A stretch of 52,247 nucleotides of DNA from a virus, in the IMG/VR virus record IMGVR_UViG_3300033463_000196, positions 1-52,247 of that record; one strand, 5' to 3'. The notes under the pieces are model-generated. The model saw only the letters and a list, made by a program, of their open reading frames with translations, searched no databases and had not been told where the DNA came from. Of this stretch, positions 34,774 to 43,256 are shown piece after piece. The first letter of the stretch is position 1. Every line of letters begins with the position of its first letter. The position numbers were made by a program, and so were the translations under genes.

Positions 34774-36729
34774 TTAGTCTTTCAGATAGTACGGTGTAGT
34801 GTACCCTGCGCCTTTCAGGGGTAGGTCTCTGCACCATTCAATCGGTTTGCTAAACAGGGCCTCAACGTCGGCCAAAGTTTGGTCGGGCGTGGCCTCTACT
34901 ACTATTTCATCGTGAATGTGGAAAACCACGTTAAGCCCTGCGGCCTTGGCGCGTAGTATTACGATGCCTAAGATGTCACGGGCTACGGCCTGTACTATGT
35001 TCTCGGTAAGTTTACCGCCGTAGGTACGTACCTTGCCCCATTTCTTCGTAGTCTGGTTAAGGCCCTCGTACTCTATTATTTCGTGGTCGCCTCGCCATCC
35101 ATCGTTATACTCTGTGCCTATTTCAGCGCGTGGGTAACAGATAGTGCGCCCTGACGGTAACGTAATAGTAAGCATACCCCAACGCTTGCCGATAACGATA
35201 TTACGATATACCGTTACGCTCTCGCCGGTCTTAATGGCCGTCAAAGCCGCCCTTTCTATAACGCTCCACATCTTGACTATACGCGGGTTGCTGTCACGCC
35301 AAAGGGCTACAATCTGTTTTTCTTCGGCTTCGGTAAGTCCTAACCGGCTACCGCCCATCGCTTCCAAAGCCGAAACGCCGCCACCGTAGCCCAAAGCCAA
35401 AGTAGCAATCTTTCCCTTTTGGCGTAGTTCCGCGTTTTGTCCGTGCTTCTCTACGGGTACTTTGAACATCTTAGAGGCGTTGGCGCAATAGATGTCGCCG
35501 TTAGTCCTGAAAACGTCTAATACCCATTCTTCACCGGCCAACCATGCAATAACCCTGCACTCGATAGCCGAAAAGTCGCAAACGTGGAAAGTGTGGCCGG
35601 GCGCGGCAATAAACGCCGTGCGTATCAACTCGCTAAGTACGAAAGTGACGTTACCGTAGTTTAGTTCAAACTCTTCTAAGTCGCCCTGACGTACTAAACT
35701 GCGGGCGTAGTCCAAACTCTCCAAATGGTTTTGCGGTAGGTTCTGCACCTGTACCAACCTACCGGCCCATCGGCCTGTACGTGCTGCGCCGCAAAACTGC
35801 AAAAGTCCATGTATTCGGCCATCGTTGCAGACGCATTTCTGCATAGCCTCGTATTTCTTGTTAGAGGTCTTACCCATTTCCCGGCGTATAGCCAAAACCT
35901 GCTGCGCCTTGGGCCAATAGATAAGTTTCTTATCCAAATCGTCTAAGTTGGCTTTGTTGAGGCTTGCAACGGTAAAGCCCGTTACCTTGTGTAGCCAATC
36001 CTTAATCTGCGCCGGGCTGTTGGGGTTATCCATGCCGGTAAGCTGCTGCGCCTGTTTCAGTAGTTCGGCCTTATACTCTTCGTCAAACCGGGCGGCTGCA
36101 TCTACCAAAACGCGGTCTATCATCACGCCCCGGTCGTTAATTTCTTGGTCGGCTACGTACAAATCTTCGTCAAAGGCGGCGGGCTTTAGACGCTGTACCT
36201 TTTTCTTAATGGCTTGTTCTACCTCAACGTCTCTAATATTGTACTCTTTGAATACCTGCCACCTGTCGGGCGCGTCGCTTGGTAGATGCCGTTTGCCTGT
36301 CTTTGGCGCGGGTACGCTAAAGTATCTAATCAGGGCTTTACCCTCTGTCATTTTGCCCTCTGCCAAACGTAGCACCTCGCCGCATTGCCCCAACGAAAGC
36401 GGTAAGCCCATCCGGGCGGCTAATACCATCGTGCAACGCCATTGCGCCGGGTCTAAGAGTTTACCCCCAAAGAAATAGACGCTAATACAGATTCTTTCAA
36501 AGGCGGCGTTAAACGCGGTCTTGATAACGTCCGGGTCTGTCAGGGCTGCAAATACATCGTCGGGCAATTTCTCGCCCTGTGCTAAGTCAACGCAAAGCAC
36601 CGGCCCGCCATCAACACTATACGCGAAAAGCAATATAGCAAAGTCCGGGGCCTCAACGTACTTGTAAACGCCACAATTAACCAAATCGTTACTGCTGTAC
36701 GTTTCTATGTCTATTCCTAATTCTCGCAT
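34774..36729 (-). CDS. Family A DNA polymerase with N-terminal 3'-5' exonuclease domain
   Basis: 651 aa. GIDIETYS (Exo I-like), RQKGKIATLALGYGGG (motif B-like), HIHDEIVVE (motif C). Confidence 0.85.
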   Translation of the reverse strand: MRELGIDIETYSSNDLVNCGVYKYVEAPDFAILLFAYSVDGGPVLCVDLAQGEKLPDDVFAALTDPDVIKTAFNAAFERICISVYFFGGKLLDPAQWRCTMVLAARMGLPLSLGQCGEVLRLAEGKMTEGKALIRYFSVPAPKTGKRHLPSDAPDRWQVFKEYNIRDVEVEQAIKKKVQRLKPAAFDEDLYVADQEINDRGVMIDRVLVDAAARFDEEYKAELLKQAQQLTGMDNPNSPAQIKDWLHKVTGFTVASLNKANLDDLDKKLIYWPKAQQVLAIRREMGKTSNKKYEAMQKCVCNDGRIHGLLQFCGAARTGRWAGRLVQVQNLPQNHLESLDYARSLVRQGDLEEFELNYGNVTFVLSELIRTAFIAAPGHTFHVCDFSAIECRVIAWLAGEEWVLDVFRTNGDIYCANASKMFKVPVEKHGQNAELRQKGKIATLALGYGGGVSALEAMGGSRLGLTEAEEKQIVALWRDSNPRIVKMWSVIERAALTAIKTGESVTVYRNIVIGKRWGMLTITLPSGRTICYPRAEIGTEYNDGWRGDHEIIEYEGLNQTTKKWGKVRTYGGKLTENIVQAVARDILGIVILRAKAAGLNVVFHIHDEIVVEATPDQTLADVEALFSKPIEWCRDLPLKGAGYTTPYYLKD

Positions 36730-37130
36730 TACTTCTTTGCTTTAGGGGTTGCTTTCTTGGTTCTCTTTTTCTTTTGGATTCCGGGCTTAACCTCTCCGGC
36801 CTTTCTCGCCTCGTCAATCTTACGGGCAAAGACGGTACGCATAGCCGTTTCTACGATGCCACAAATAACCTCTCTCTCGGATGCCGACAAACGCGATTCC
36901 CGGTTTTGGATTCTTTGATATTCGTCGTACATCGTCTTAGGGTCTAAGTAGCCCTTTTCCTCGATAGCCTCAAAGGGTGTGCGCTTTAGTCTACGGCCTT
37001 TCTCCAGTTTGTCGGATGCCGCCTTACGCTCCTTTTTCCATAACTCGACGGTAACGCCTATTTCCGCTTCTACGGCTTCGGTCGCAACGTCTATAGTCAA
37101 CGGCTCGTTATTGTCTGTTTTCTGTGTCAT
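36729..37130 (-). CDS. Hypothetical protein (basic C-terminus)
   Basis: 133-aa ORF whose stop overlaps the polymerase start. Confidence 0.45.
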   Translation of the reverse strand: MTQKTDNNEPLTIDVATEAVEAEIGVTVELWKKERKAASDKLEKGRRLKRTPFEAIEEKGYLDPKTMYDEYQRIQNRESRLSASEREVICGIVETAMRTVFARKIDEARKAGEVKPGIQKKKRTKKATPKAKK

Positions 37131-37136
37131 AGTGCT

Positions 37137-37469
37137 TTATTTGTAAATGATGCCGTTAGCGTCTAATACTTTTTTATTGTAGTAGAAATGGGGCCTATTA
37201 TTGCCGTTTTCGTCTATATCAATGTAACCGTTAAAGATTACCTGATTATCGTAGATAACTTCAATGTCTGCGCCCTCTGTCTGTACTAAGTCCATGACGA
37301 TATTAACCGCCTTAATAAAGTTCTGCTGCGTAAGCCTGGTAATAATATACCGGCTTATCAGTTCGTCGCCCTTGGGCTTCGTGTCCTTTACGGGCTGCTG
37401 CTTTTGCCTTACTACGGTAACAAGTGCAACCGATAACAGGATTATGATACTTAAAAGTACGATAGTCAT
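37137..37469 (-). CDS. Hypothetical membrane-anchored protein
   Basis: 110 aa. N-terminal TM segment MTIVLLSIIILLSVALVTVV. Confidence 0.45.
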   Translation of the reverse strand: MTIVLLSIIILLSVALVTVVRQKQQPVKDTKPKGDELISRYIITRLTQQNFIKAVNIVMDLVQTEGADIEVIYDNQVIFNGYIDIDENGNNRPHFYYNKKVLDANGIIYK

Positions 37470-37489
37470 ACGCTTTTCTTTTTTTTACT

Positions 37490-37523
37490 GCCCCGGCTAC
37501 CACATCTTCCCGGTAGCCGGGGC
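37490..37523. other. Strong 12-bp stem-loop
   Basis: GCCCCGGCTACC-acatcttccc-GGTAGCCGGGGC, preceded on the plus strand by a T-rich run. Confidence 0.6.
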
Positions 37524-37565
37524 GCGTCTTAAAATCTAAACCTTATGGCAAACAACTAAAAAGGC

Positions 37566-38126
37566 TTACAAATCTTCGTCGTCCTCGTTGTCTAACTCAA
37601 CGTCGCCAAAGTCGCTTTCGGCTGAAACTCTGCCGCCAAAGTGTTCATCGTCCTTAAACTTCATAATGTTGTTAAGGCCGCAAGCAACGCCCTTGTTACC
37701 GTTCTTGTCATAGCCAAAGAACGTAACGGAAACGATAGCCCAAACGCCGCTGTAAACTTCTTCTTCGTCTACGATAGGCACTTTCTTACGGTCAACGATG
37801 CCGGGGCGCGTGTTGCTCTTCGCATTGACGAAAAGCATACCGTCGTAGTTTTCATCGTCTTTTTCGTCGCCGTCGCGCAAAGGCATATCAAGTTTCTTTG
37901 GCTCTTTGCCTCCCCACTTGGAAACGATAGCGGCTTTCTTGGCCTCTTCGATAGCCTTTTTAATGGCTTCGATAGTTTCCTTTTCATCCTTGGGGATTAA
38001 GACGTTTGTCATAAACTTGCCCTCTTCCTGCGGGCCATCAGGGTTATACCTGTTGAAAACGTGAGTGTAGGAAAGACGGCACGGGCCGAAAATAACCTTA
38101 CTCTCTTTAACTTGTGGTGTAATCAT
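37566..38126 (-). CDS. DUF2815-type ssDNA-binding protein (candidate)
   Basis: 186 aa with an acidic C-terminal tail (DVELDNEDDEDL). GPCRLSYTHVF near the N-terminus. Canonical neighbour of DUF2800 and PolA in this module. Confidence 0.5.
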   Translation of the reverse strand: MITPQVKESKVIFGPCRLSYTHVFNRYNPDGPQEEGKFMTNVLIPKDEKETIEAIKKAIEEAKKAAIVSKWGGKEPKKLDMPLRDGDEKDDENYDGMLFVNAKSNTRPGIVDRKKVPIVDEEEVYSGVWAIVSVTFFGYDKNGNKGVACGLNNIMKFKDDEHFGGRVSAESDFGDVELDNEDDEDL

Positions 38127-38177
38127 AATTACTTTGTTTTTGAATGTGAATAACTATTGTTAATACTCTCTTAGTGC

Positions 38178-38648
38178 TTACTCGCTCGTTTCCGATTCGT
38201 CTTTGCTGACGTACTCGTAAACGTCCATAATCTTAGTTTCTTCAATCTTAGCCGTAACGTAGTCTATCATCGTACCGCCCATAACCTCGTTTACGCTTTT
38301 CAGGGCGTTGTCGAAAGTACCGGCCTGAACTAAGTACGTTACTGCGCTGCGCTTTTCCTTTTCGGTCTTTTCGTCAATGGTGATAAACTCCAACTTAGCG
38401 TTATACCATCTGTCGGCGGTCTCTTCGTCGCTAAAGAAAATTTCCTTAAAGGCGGCGCGGCTAATATCCTGCACCTCAAATTCGCCGTTAATGTACGCGG
38501 CCATGTATTCCGTTATCCGGGTTTCGGCCTCTCCGAAACTAACAGCATCCACTACGTAGATTTCCGTTACTTTCTTCTGTAGCCCGTCCTCTCCCGTTTT
38601 CTCGTAACGGATTTTGACGATAAACCAATTTGCTGTCTTACTTCTCAT
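38178..38648 (-). CDS. DUF4494-like protein
   Basis: 156 aa. WFIVKIRYEKTGEDGLQKKVTEIYVVDAVSFGEAETRITEYM matches my recollection of the Bacteroidota DUF4494 pattern. Confidence 0.4.
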   Translation of the reverse strand: MRSKTANWFIVKIRYEKTGEDGLQKKVTEIYVVDAVSFGEAETRITEYMAAYINGEFEVQDISRAAFKEIFFSDEETADRWYNAKLEFITIDEKTEKEKRSAVTYLVQAGTFDNALKSVNEVMGGTMIDYVTAKIEETKIMDVYEYVSKDESETSE

Positions 38649-38657
38649 ATTACTTGT

Positions 38658-38807
38658 TTATAAGGGTTTTACTTTTCTTAGTATCTGGCGTAAGTCGTTG
38701 GTCGGTATGTCTGAAAGCATTTGGGCCAACGCCTCCGGCTCAACCTGTAGCGTGTAGTTATTGCAAACTACCTGCTCTACCTTACTAACTCGTAGCCTGA
38801 CAATCAT
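38658..38807 (-). CDS. Small hypothetical protein
   Basis: 49-aa ORF whose ATG overlaps the upstream stop (ATGA). Hand translated. Confidence 0.3.
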   Translation of the reverse strand: MIVRLRVSKVEQVVCNNYTLQVEPEALAQMLSDIPTNDLRQILRKVKPL

Positions 38808-39961
38808 ACATCAATACCGCTAAAATCGTCTGCCGCTGCATTGAAAGCCGGGCGTTTGTCGCTCTCCGGGGCTAACGTCGGTTTGCCCTGCGGCTTCTCT
38901 ATGTAGTCGTTACACAACTCGCCAAAGCGTTTCTTACCAATCAACTTTTCAAGGTCGGTAATGGTACGTAGTTCCGTTGGCTTTACAAAGGTATCGCGGG
39001 CAAAACCGTTATCCTCTAAAAGTTTCATCACGGCTTCGGGGTCGGTAATCTTACGAATACTGCGCCCGGCCACAATCTTATAGCCCGGATAGTTCGTACC
39101 GTCTAAGGCTTGCTGTAGTGCGTATTCCTCGATACCTGTTAGCCATGTCTTAATAGTGGCTATCTGTGGCAAAATGATAGTAGCCATTTCCTCGATGCTG
39201 ACTAACTTAGGGTCGGGGTGTTCGGTGGCTGTCTTGATACAGGTAGCGGCCAACGCCTTGCATTGTGCCTTAACCTTGCAGAATTGACACCATTCGCCGG
39301 GTAACTGCTTACCGTCGGGGCCAAAGGCTTCTTTCGCCTTGGGTGCAAGTTCGTTGGTAGCCCATGCCTCCAAATCTGCTACGGATAGTTCAAACTCTGA
39401 AAGATTATCTATACGTGGCTGTACGATAGTCATTTTAACCCGGTCTATGTTATATTCAAAGTTGTACGCCTCGTATGCTCCCAAAGCGTAAATCTTCATT
39501 TGTGGGTTTTCGACTGCGCTAACCTTAACGCCTTTGCCGTATTTGAAATCTATAATTTCCAAACAGCCATCGGCAATAATTATAGCGTCGCCTGTGCCAA
39601 AGCCATCGGGGATATACTTAGAAAAGTCCAAACGTACCTCTACCAATAACTGCGCGTCGCGGGTCTTTTGGCGGGCTGCATTGTACTTTTCCATGACGAT
39701 AGTAAAGTACGTATCTGTGTACTCGTCCATTTCGCCGGTGTGGTACTTCTCGTTAAGTTCGTCTATCTCGGCGTGTTCGCCTGACGTATCGCGGCCCAAA
39801 AACTCTTTCAGTTTCAGGGCGCAATAGGCGTGCGCTAACGTACCCTCTTCGGCGTAGGTGCTGCCCTTATCCTCGGCCTTTTCTTCCAACCGGGGCGCGG
39901 CGGTGCAATTCATCCACCTGTGGGCTGCACTTGGGCTTAATATAGCGTGTACTCCGGGCAT
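38804..39961 (-). CDS. DUF2800 / Cas4-like PD-(D/E)xK exonuclease
   Basis: SPSAAHRWMNC N-terminus, GDAIIIADGCLEIIDFKYGKG (D...ExK) and a C-terminal CQFCKVKAQC (Cx2Cx5C) cluster. Confidence 0.65.
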   Translation of the reverse strand: MPGVHAILSPSAAHRWMNCTAAPRLEEKAEDKGSTYAEEGTLAHAYCALKLKEFLGRDTSGEHAEIDELNEKYHTGEMDEYTDTYFTIVMEKYNAARQKTRDAQLLVEVRLDFSKYIPDGFGTGDAIIIADGCLEIIDFKYGKGVKVSAVENPQMKIYALGAYEAYNFEYNIDRVKMTIVQPRIDNLSEFELSVADLEAWATNELAPKAKEAFGPDGKQLPGEWCQFCKVKAQCKALAATCIKTATEHPDPKLVSIEEMATIILPQIATIKTWLTGIEEYALQQALDGTNYPGYKIVAGRSIRKITDPEAVMKLLEDNGFARDTFVKPTELRTITDLEKLIGKKRFGELCNDYIEKPQGKPTLAPESDKRPAFNAAADDFSGIDV

Positions 39962-39962
39962 A

Positions 39963-40541
39963 TCAGTACGGTACTTTAGTGGTTATTTCTCCATTCTCTA
40001 CTATCAGTTCGTCGCATTGCTTAATGAACGATGCGCGTTGCTCGGCGGGTAGGGTGCTGGGCTTATCGCTACCTAACAGGGCGGCGATATTCTTAAACGT
40101 GGCCGTAAGTTGCTTGTGATACTTCTTATAGCCCTCGCCGTCGGTGTTGTTCTTGTAGTCCTCGCCCTCGATGCGTCGGCGCGTCTTATCCATTGCGGCC
40201 CTTACGTCTTCTTCGGTAAGTTCCTTGCCCTCTGCTTGTGCTTCGGGTTGCGGCTCTTCGGTTTCCGGGGCTGCATCGGCGGCGGGCGCGGCCTCCTGTG
40301 CCTGTGCCTGTGCTGATTCCTCGGCGGGTGCTTCGGGCGCGTCGGCGGTTTTAGCCTTACCGCGTCCTTTCTTCGCCGGTGTGGGCGTTGGGGCCTCGGC
40401 TTCGGGCTGTGGTTGTTCACTTGACGGGGCCGGTATTACTACCGCCGTCGGTTGCTTGGTCAGGATAGCCGTAACAAGCTGCACGACTTCGGGCGTTACT
40501 CCGATATTGACCTGTACGCTAATACAAAAATCTGTTTTCAT
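39963..40541 (-). CDS. Hypothetical protein with A/P/E-rich disordered centre
   Basis: 192-aa ORF. The central ~75 aa are PQPEAEAPTPTPAKK...AAPETEEPQPEAQAEG. Confidence 0.45.
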   Translation of the reverse strand: MKTDFCISVQVNIGVTPEVVQLVTAILTKQPTAVVIPAPSSEQPQPEAEAPTPTPAKKGRGKAKTADAPEAPAEESAQAQAQEAAPAADAAPETEEPQPEAQAEGKELTEEDVRAAMDKTRRRIEGEDYKNNTDGEGYKKYHKQLTATFKNIAALLGSDKPSTLPAEQRASFIKQCDELIVENGEITTKVPY

Positions 40542-40560
40542 AACTAATAGTGCTTAAAAG

Positions 40561-40776
40561 TTATCTAATACGTTTGCAAATTCCCTCTTTAACCAAACCG
40601 CGTAAAGCCTCAACGCATATTTCATCGAATTTCTCTACGGGTAGTTTGTACAAACAGGCGTGTACCTGCCTTTTCTCGCATACCTTTTTGTAGGTATCGG
40701 GGTAAATCTTGGCCATGCGCTGCAACGCCATTGCCTGACTACCTAACCTTTCCTTATTGGGGTCGTACTTTGCCAT
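40561..40776 (-). CDS. Hypothetical protein
   Basis: 71-aa ORF. Confidence 0.45.
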   Translation of the reverse strand: MAKYDPNKERLGSQAMALQRMAKIYPDTYKKVCEKRQVHACLYKLPVEKFDEICVEALRGLVKEGICKRIR

Positions 40777-40782
40777 ATTACT

Positions 40783-40890
40783 TTACTCCCCCCCCATTTC
40801 TTCGGCAATCGCCTTAATGTCCTTTGCCACTATGATAAGCGAAACGATGCAAAGCGCGGATAGCGCAACGGTAATTACAATCTGTGCCAT
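40783..40890 (-). CDS. Small single-pass membrane protein (tentative)
   Basis: 35 aa: MAQIVITVALSALCIVSLIIVAKDIKAIAEEMGGE. Hand translated. The 3' end contains a G8 run. Confidence 0.3.
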   Translation of the reverse strand: MAQIVITVALSALCIVSLIIVAKDIKAIAEEMGGE

Positions 40891-40898
40891 AATCTTAG

Positions 40899-41105
40899 TT
40901 ATTTAATTGTGTACATTCCTTGCCAACACTTGATAATATCGGCCCCGGTAGTAACCTTTGCCTTACCTGCCTTACGGATGCGAAACTTAATAATTCCGTC
41001 GGCCTCGTAACGGGCTACGGTGTGCCGGTCTATGTGTAGAGCGGCGGCGGTCTGCTTTTGATTATACAGGCCATCAGGGTTTACTATCGGCTTGTCTATT
41101 ATCAT
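40899..41105 (-). CDS. Excisionase-like helix-turn-helix DNA-binding protein
   Basis: 68 aa. LYNQKQTAAALHIDRHTVARYEADGIIKF is a MerR/Xis-type HTH. Confidence 0.5.
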   Translation of the reverse strand: MIIDKPIVNPDGLYNQKQTAAALHIDRHTVARYEADGIIKFRIRKAGKAKVTTGADIIKCWQGMYTIK

Positions 41106-41302
41106 AAAGCGTTCTTAGTGATAGTGAGTTTGTTTGCGGTGTAGTCAGTCGTTACACTAAACTTGCACCCCAAAAGATTCTGCATTTGGTAGGCAACGGC
41201 CTTACCGTTGTCGCAAGCCTGGGCGTTTGGTAGTTCAAACGTCCGGCTCTCTCCCATTTCCATACTGCGCAATTCCTCGCGTGTTACCTTTTCTGTTTTC
41301 AT
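41102..41302 (-). CDS. Hypothetical protein
   Basis: 66-aa ORF with a 4-nt overlap. Confidence 0.45.
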   Translation of the reverse strand: MKTEKVTREELRSMEMGESRTFELPNAQACDNGKAVAYQMQNLLGCKFSVTTDYTANKLTITKNAL

Positions 41303-41332
41303 TTGTGCTACTTGTTATTTTTGGGTGAATAA

Positions 41333-41596
41333 TCAACGTGGAAAGAAAACTACCTGCATACCCTTACCTGCGCCCATGCTGAAACGTGGTGCGGTCTCTT
41401 TGCTGCTTAACGCTTTCTTGGCGTAGTGTTCGGCGTGTAGGTCGCCGATTATGAGGCAAAGGCGCGTAAAGCCTACCAACTGACTTTTACCCTCTTTGGG
41501 CTGTAGTCTAATCAGGAACTCCCGGTTAATCTTTGCACGTAAGGCGGGTAACTCCTTGACTGCATATTTTCCGTTTTTGATGCTCTTTTGTGCCAT
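41333..41596 (-). CDS. First early-operon protein, function unknown
   Basis: ATG at 41596 (MAQKSIKNGKY...). First ORF downstream of the leftward consensus promoter. Confidence 0.45.
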   Translation of the reverse strand: MAQKSIKNGKYAVKELPALRAKINREFLIRLQPKEGKSQLVGFTRLCLIIGDLHAEHYAKKALSSKETAPRFSMGAGKGMQVVFFPR

Positions 41597-41626
41597 AATC
41601 GACAAATTTTAGTTAAAATTACTTAT

Positions 41627-41639
41627 TTACTTACTTATA
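41627..41639 (+). promoter_or_regulatory. Operator-like repeat TTACTTACTTATA, copy A
   Basis: 13-mer shared with 41738-41750 and 10960-10972. Abuts the -33 box of the rightward promoter. Confidence 0.45.
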
Positions 41640-41641
41640 CC

Positions 41642-41673
41642 TTTGGCGGAAAAGAAAAACTGCCGTATCTTTG
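41642..41673 (+). promoter_or_regulatory. Consensus Bacteroidota promoter, rightward (towards the repressor gene)
   Basis: TTTG (41642-41645), 20-nt spacer, TAtcTTTG (41666-41673). Confidence 0.55.
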
Positions 41674-41737
41674 CAGTTGGTTATTATTCGATAGTTGGGC
41701 TTAGATGTCCGACAGCCTTTCTTGTACCGCTACTTAG

Positions 41738-41750
41738 TTACTTACTTATA
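41738..41750 (+). promoter_or_regulatory. Operator-like repeat TTACTTACTTATA, copy B
   Basis: Lies over the predicted start site of the leftward promoter. The extended 18-mer is identical to 10959-10976. Confidence 0.45.
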
Positions 41751-41757
41751 TCGGGTG

Positions 41758-41789
41758 CAAAGATAGACGTTTTCGGGTAAACTACCAAA
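41758..41789 (-). promoter_or_regulatory. Consensus Bacteroidota promoter, leftward (early lytic operon)
   Basis: Minus strand: TTTG (41789-41786), 20-nt spacer, TAtcTTTG (41765-41758). Confidence 0.55.
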
Positions 41790-41847
41790 CATTTTAGGCG
41801 AAAACGTCTAATCTTTAACTTTTTATAACAATTAAGGGTGTTAGGTT

Positions 41848-42222
41848 ATGCAGACAGAAAACGACGTAAGACAAAGAATTTCAGCGGTTTTTGCCGAATT
41901 TGCGGAAACGGAAAACGGTTTGGCCAACGGTGATAAGGCTACCCAAAAACGTCTAAACCGGCAAATCTCCCACGACGGCGCGATAACGGTAGATACCTTG
42001 TTGCTGATTCTTAACGCCCATACCGACGTATCGGCTGAATGGCTGTTGCGTGGCGTTGGGGATATGCGCGTATTACCTGACGGGATGGATAGCCCGGAAG
42101 ATGTCGAAATAGCCAAACTTGAAACTACTATTGAAACCCTGTTGGATAGAATAGTAAAGTACAAAGCCCGTATCTCTGAACTTGAAAGGCTATTGCCTGA
42201 ACAAAAAAGAAATGTCGGATAG
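41848..42222 (+). CDS. CI-like repressor (HTH plus C-terminal coiled coil)
   Basis: 124 aa. ...QISHDGAITVDTLLLILNAHTDVSAEWLLRGVG is typical of Bacteroides phage repressor HTH ends. C-terminal heptad-like region. Divergent from the early operon. Confidence 0.6.
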   Translation: MQTENDVRQRISAVFAEFAETENGLANGDKATQKRLNRQISHDGAITVDTLLLILNAHTDVSAEWLLRGVGDMRVLPDGMDSPEDVEIAKLETTIETLLDRIVKYKARISELERLLPEQKRNVG

Positions 42223-42247
42223 TGGCGTTAATTCCTGATTACTAACT

Positions 42248-42676
42248 ATGAAAAGGTACTTATTTTGGCTTACAGGGCTTTTGTTACTCGCCGGGTGTTC
42301 ATCTGACGGCGACGATAAGGAAAGTACGCCTACAGGCCATTATATAGCCTCAACGGGTACGGTAATGCTAAGTGTAGAGGTAGCCAACGGCAAATGTTGG
42401 CGGGTAACGGCCTTTGATGCCGGTAGCCTCGTTGGCCAACTAACGGAAATCTCGACTACAGGGCAATACCCAAACTACACCTATCAGGGCGACGGCCTGA
42501 CGCTTACCTGTGCTTTCGTAGATGCTAACCGATTCGACGCTACGGCTACGGGTAGACTGCAAAGGCGATTTTCGGGCGACGGCTACGTAGATATATCAGG
42601 CCGCTATCAGTTTGCCCGCTACGATGGTGTGTTAGATGCCAACGGCGACGGGATATTAGATACCTATAATAAATAA
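42248..42676 (+). CDS. Lipoprotein (lysogeny-module cargo)
   Basis: Signal peptide plus lipobox: MKRYLFWLTGLLLLAGCSSDGDD. Confidence 0.7.
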   Translation: MKRYLFWLTGLLLLAGCSSDGDDKESTPTGHYIASTGTVMLSVEVANGKCWRVTAFDAGSLVGQLTEISTTGQYPNYTYQGDGLTLTCAFVDANRFDATATGRLQRRFSGDGYVDISGRYQFARYDGVLDANGDGILDTYNK

Positions 42677-42685
42677 CGTGCGCGT

Positions 42686-43255
42686 ATGAAAAGACTTTGC
42701 TTTATCTTGGTGTGTCTGTCCTACCTGACGGCTACCGCACAAGTTCCCGCCGATTCTGTGGGTATCTTTGCCCTCGTAGATAGTCAGGCGGTTAGGATGG
42801 ATAAGATAACCCACAACGCTATTAAGGGTAGCGGTGGTTTGGCTTCTGCCGCTACTTTCGGAATGGCTAAGATTAAATCTAAGCTGCAATTCAAAGGCAA
42901 TACAAGCCCAAACCATTTCAAAGGTACGGCTACGTTCCGTATGTACTTCGGTACGCCTCAAACAACGGATATTGTAAACCTCTATCAGTTTTCGGCCAAC
43001 TATTCAGCAAAGGACTTTGAGGTAGCCCGATTCGACGTTAAGAAGAATACCAGAACACTAACGGGCGTTTCTGTTAGTTTGCTCGGTTCGTCTGTTGGTG
43101 TTTCCTCTGCTGACGATTTGAACATAGCCGTAAAAGAATTACGGCCAAAGGTGTACGATATTACGGTTACGGGTAAGCCCGGCGAATACTGCTTTGCGTT
43201 TGTGGCTAACGGTACAATGGGCTTTGGCGGGGTCTACGACTTCACTATAGAATAA
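42686..43255 (+). CDS. Secreted protein (lysogeny-module cargo)
   Basis: Signal peptide MKRLCFILVCLSYLTATAQ. 189 aa. Confidence 0.6.
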   Translation: MKRLCFILVCLSYLTATAQVPADSVGIFALVDSQAVRMDKITHNAIKGSGGLASAATFGMAKIKSKLQFKGNTSPNHFKGTATFRMYFGTPQTTDIVNLYQFSANYSAKDFEVARFDVKKNTRTLTGVSVSLLGSSVGVSSADDLNIAVKELRPKVYDITVTGKPGEYCFAFVANGTMGFGGVYDFTIE

Positions 43256-43256
43256 T

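Noticed and set aside
40171-40557. Plus-strand 128-aa and minus-strand 72-aa ORFs overlapping 39963-40541
   Set aside because: These are shadow ORFs created by the GC-rich A/P/E low-complexity tract.
41841-42164. 107-aa minus-strand ORF
   Set aside because: It is antisense to the CI-like repressor gene and has no promoter logic, since it lies upstream of the leftward promoter.
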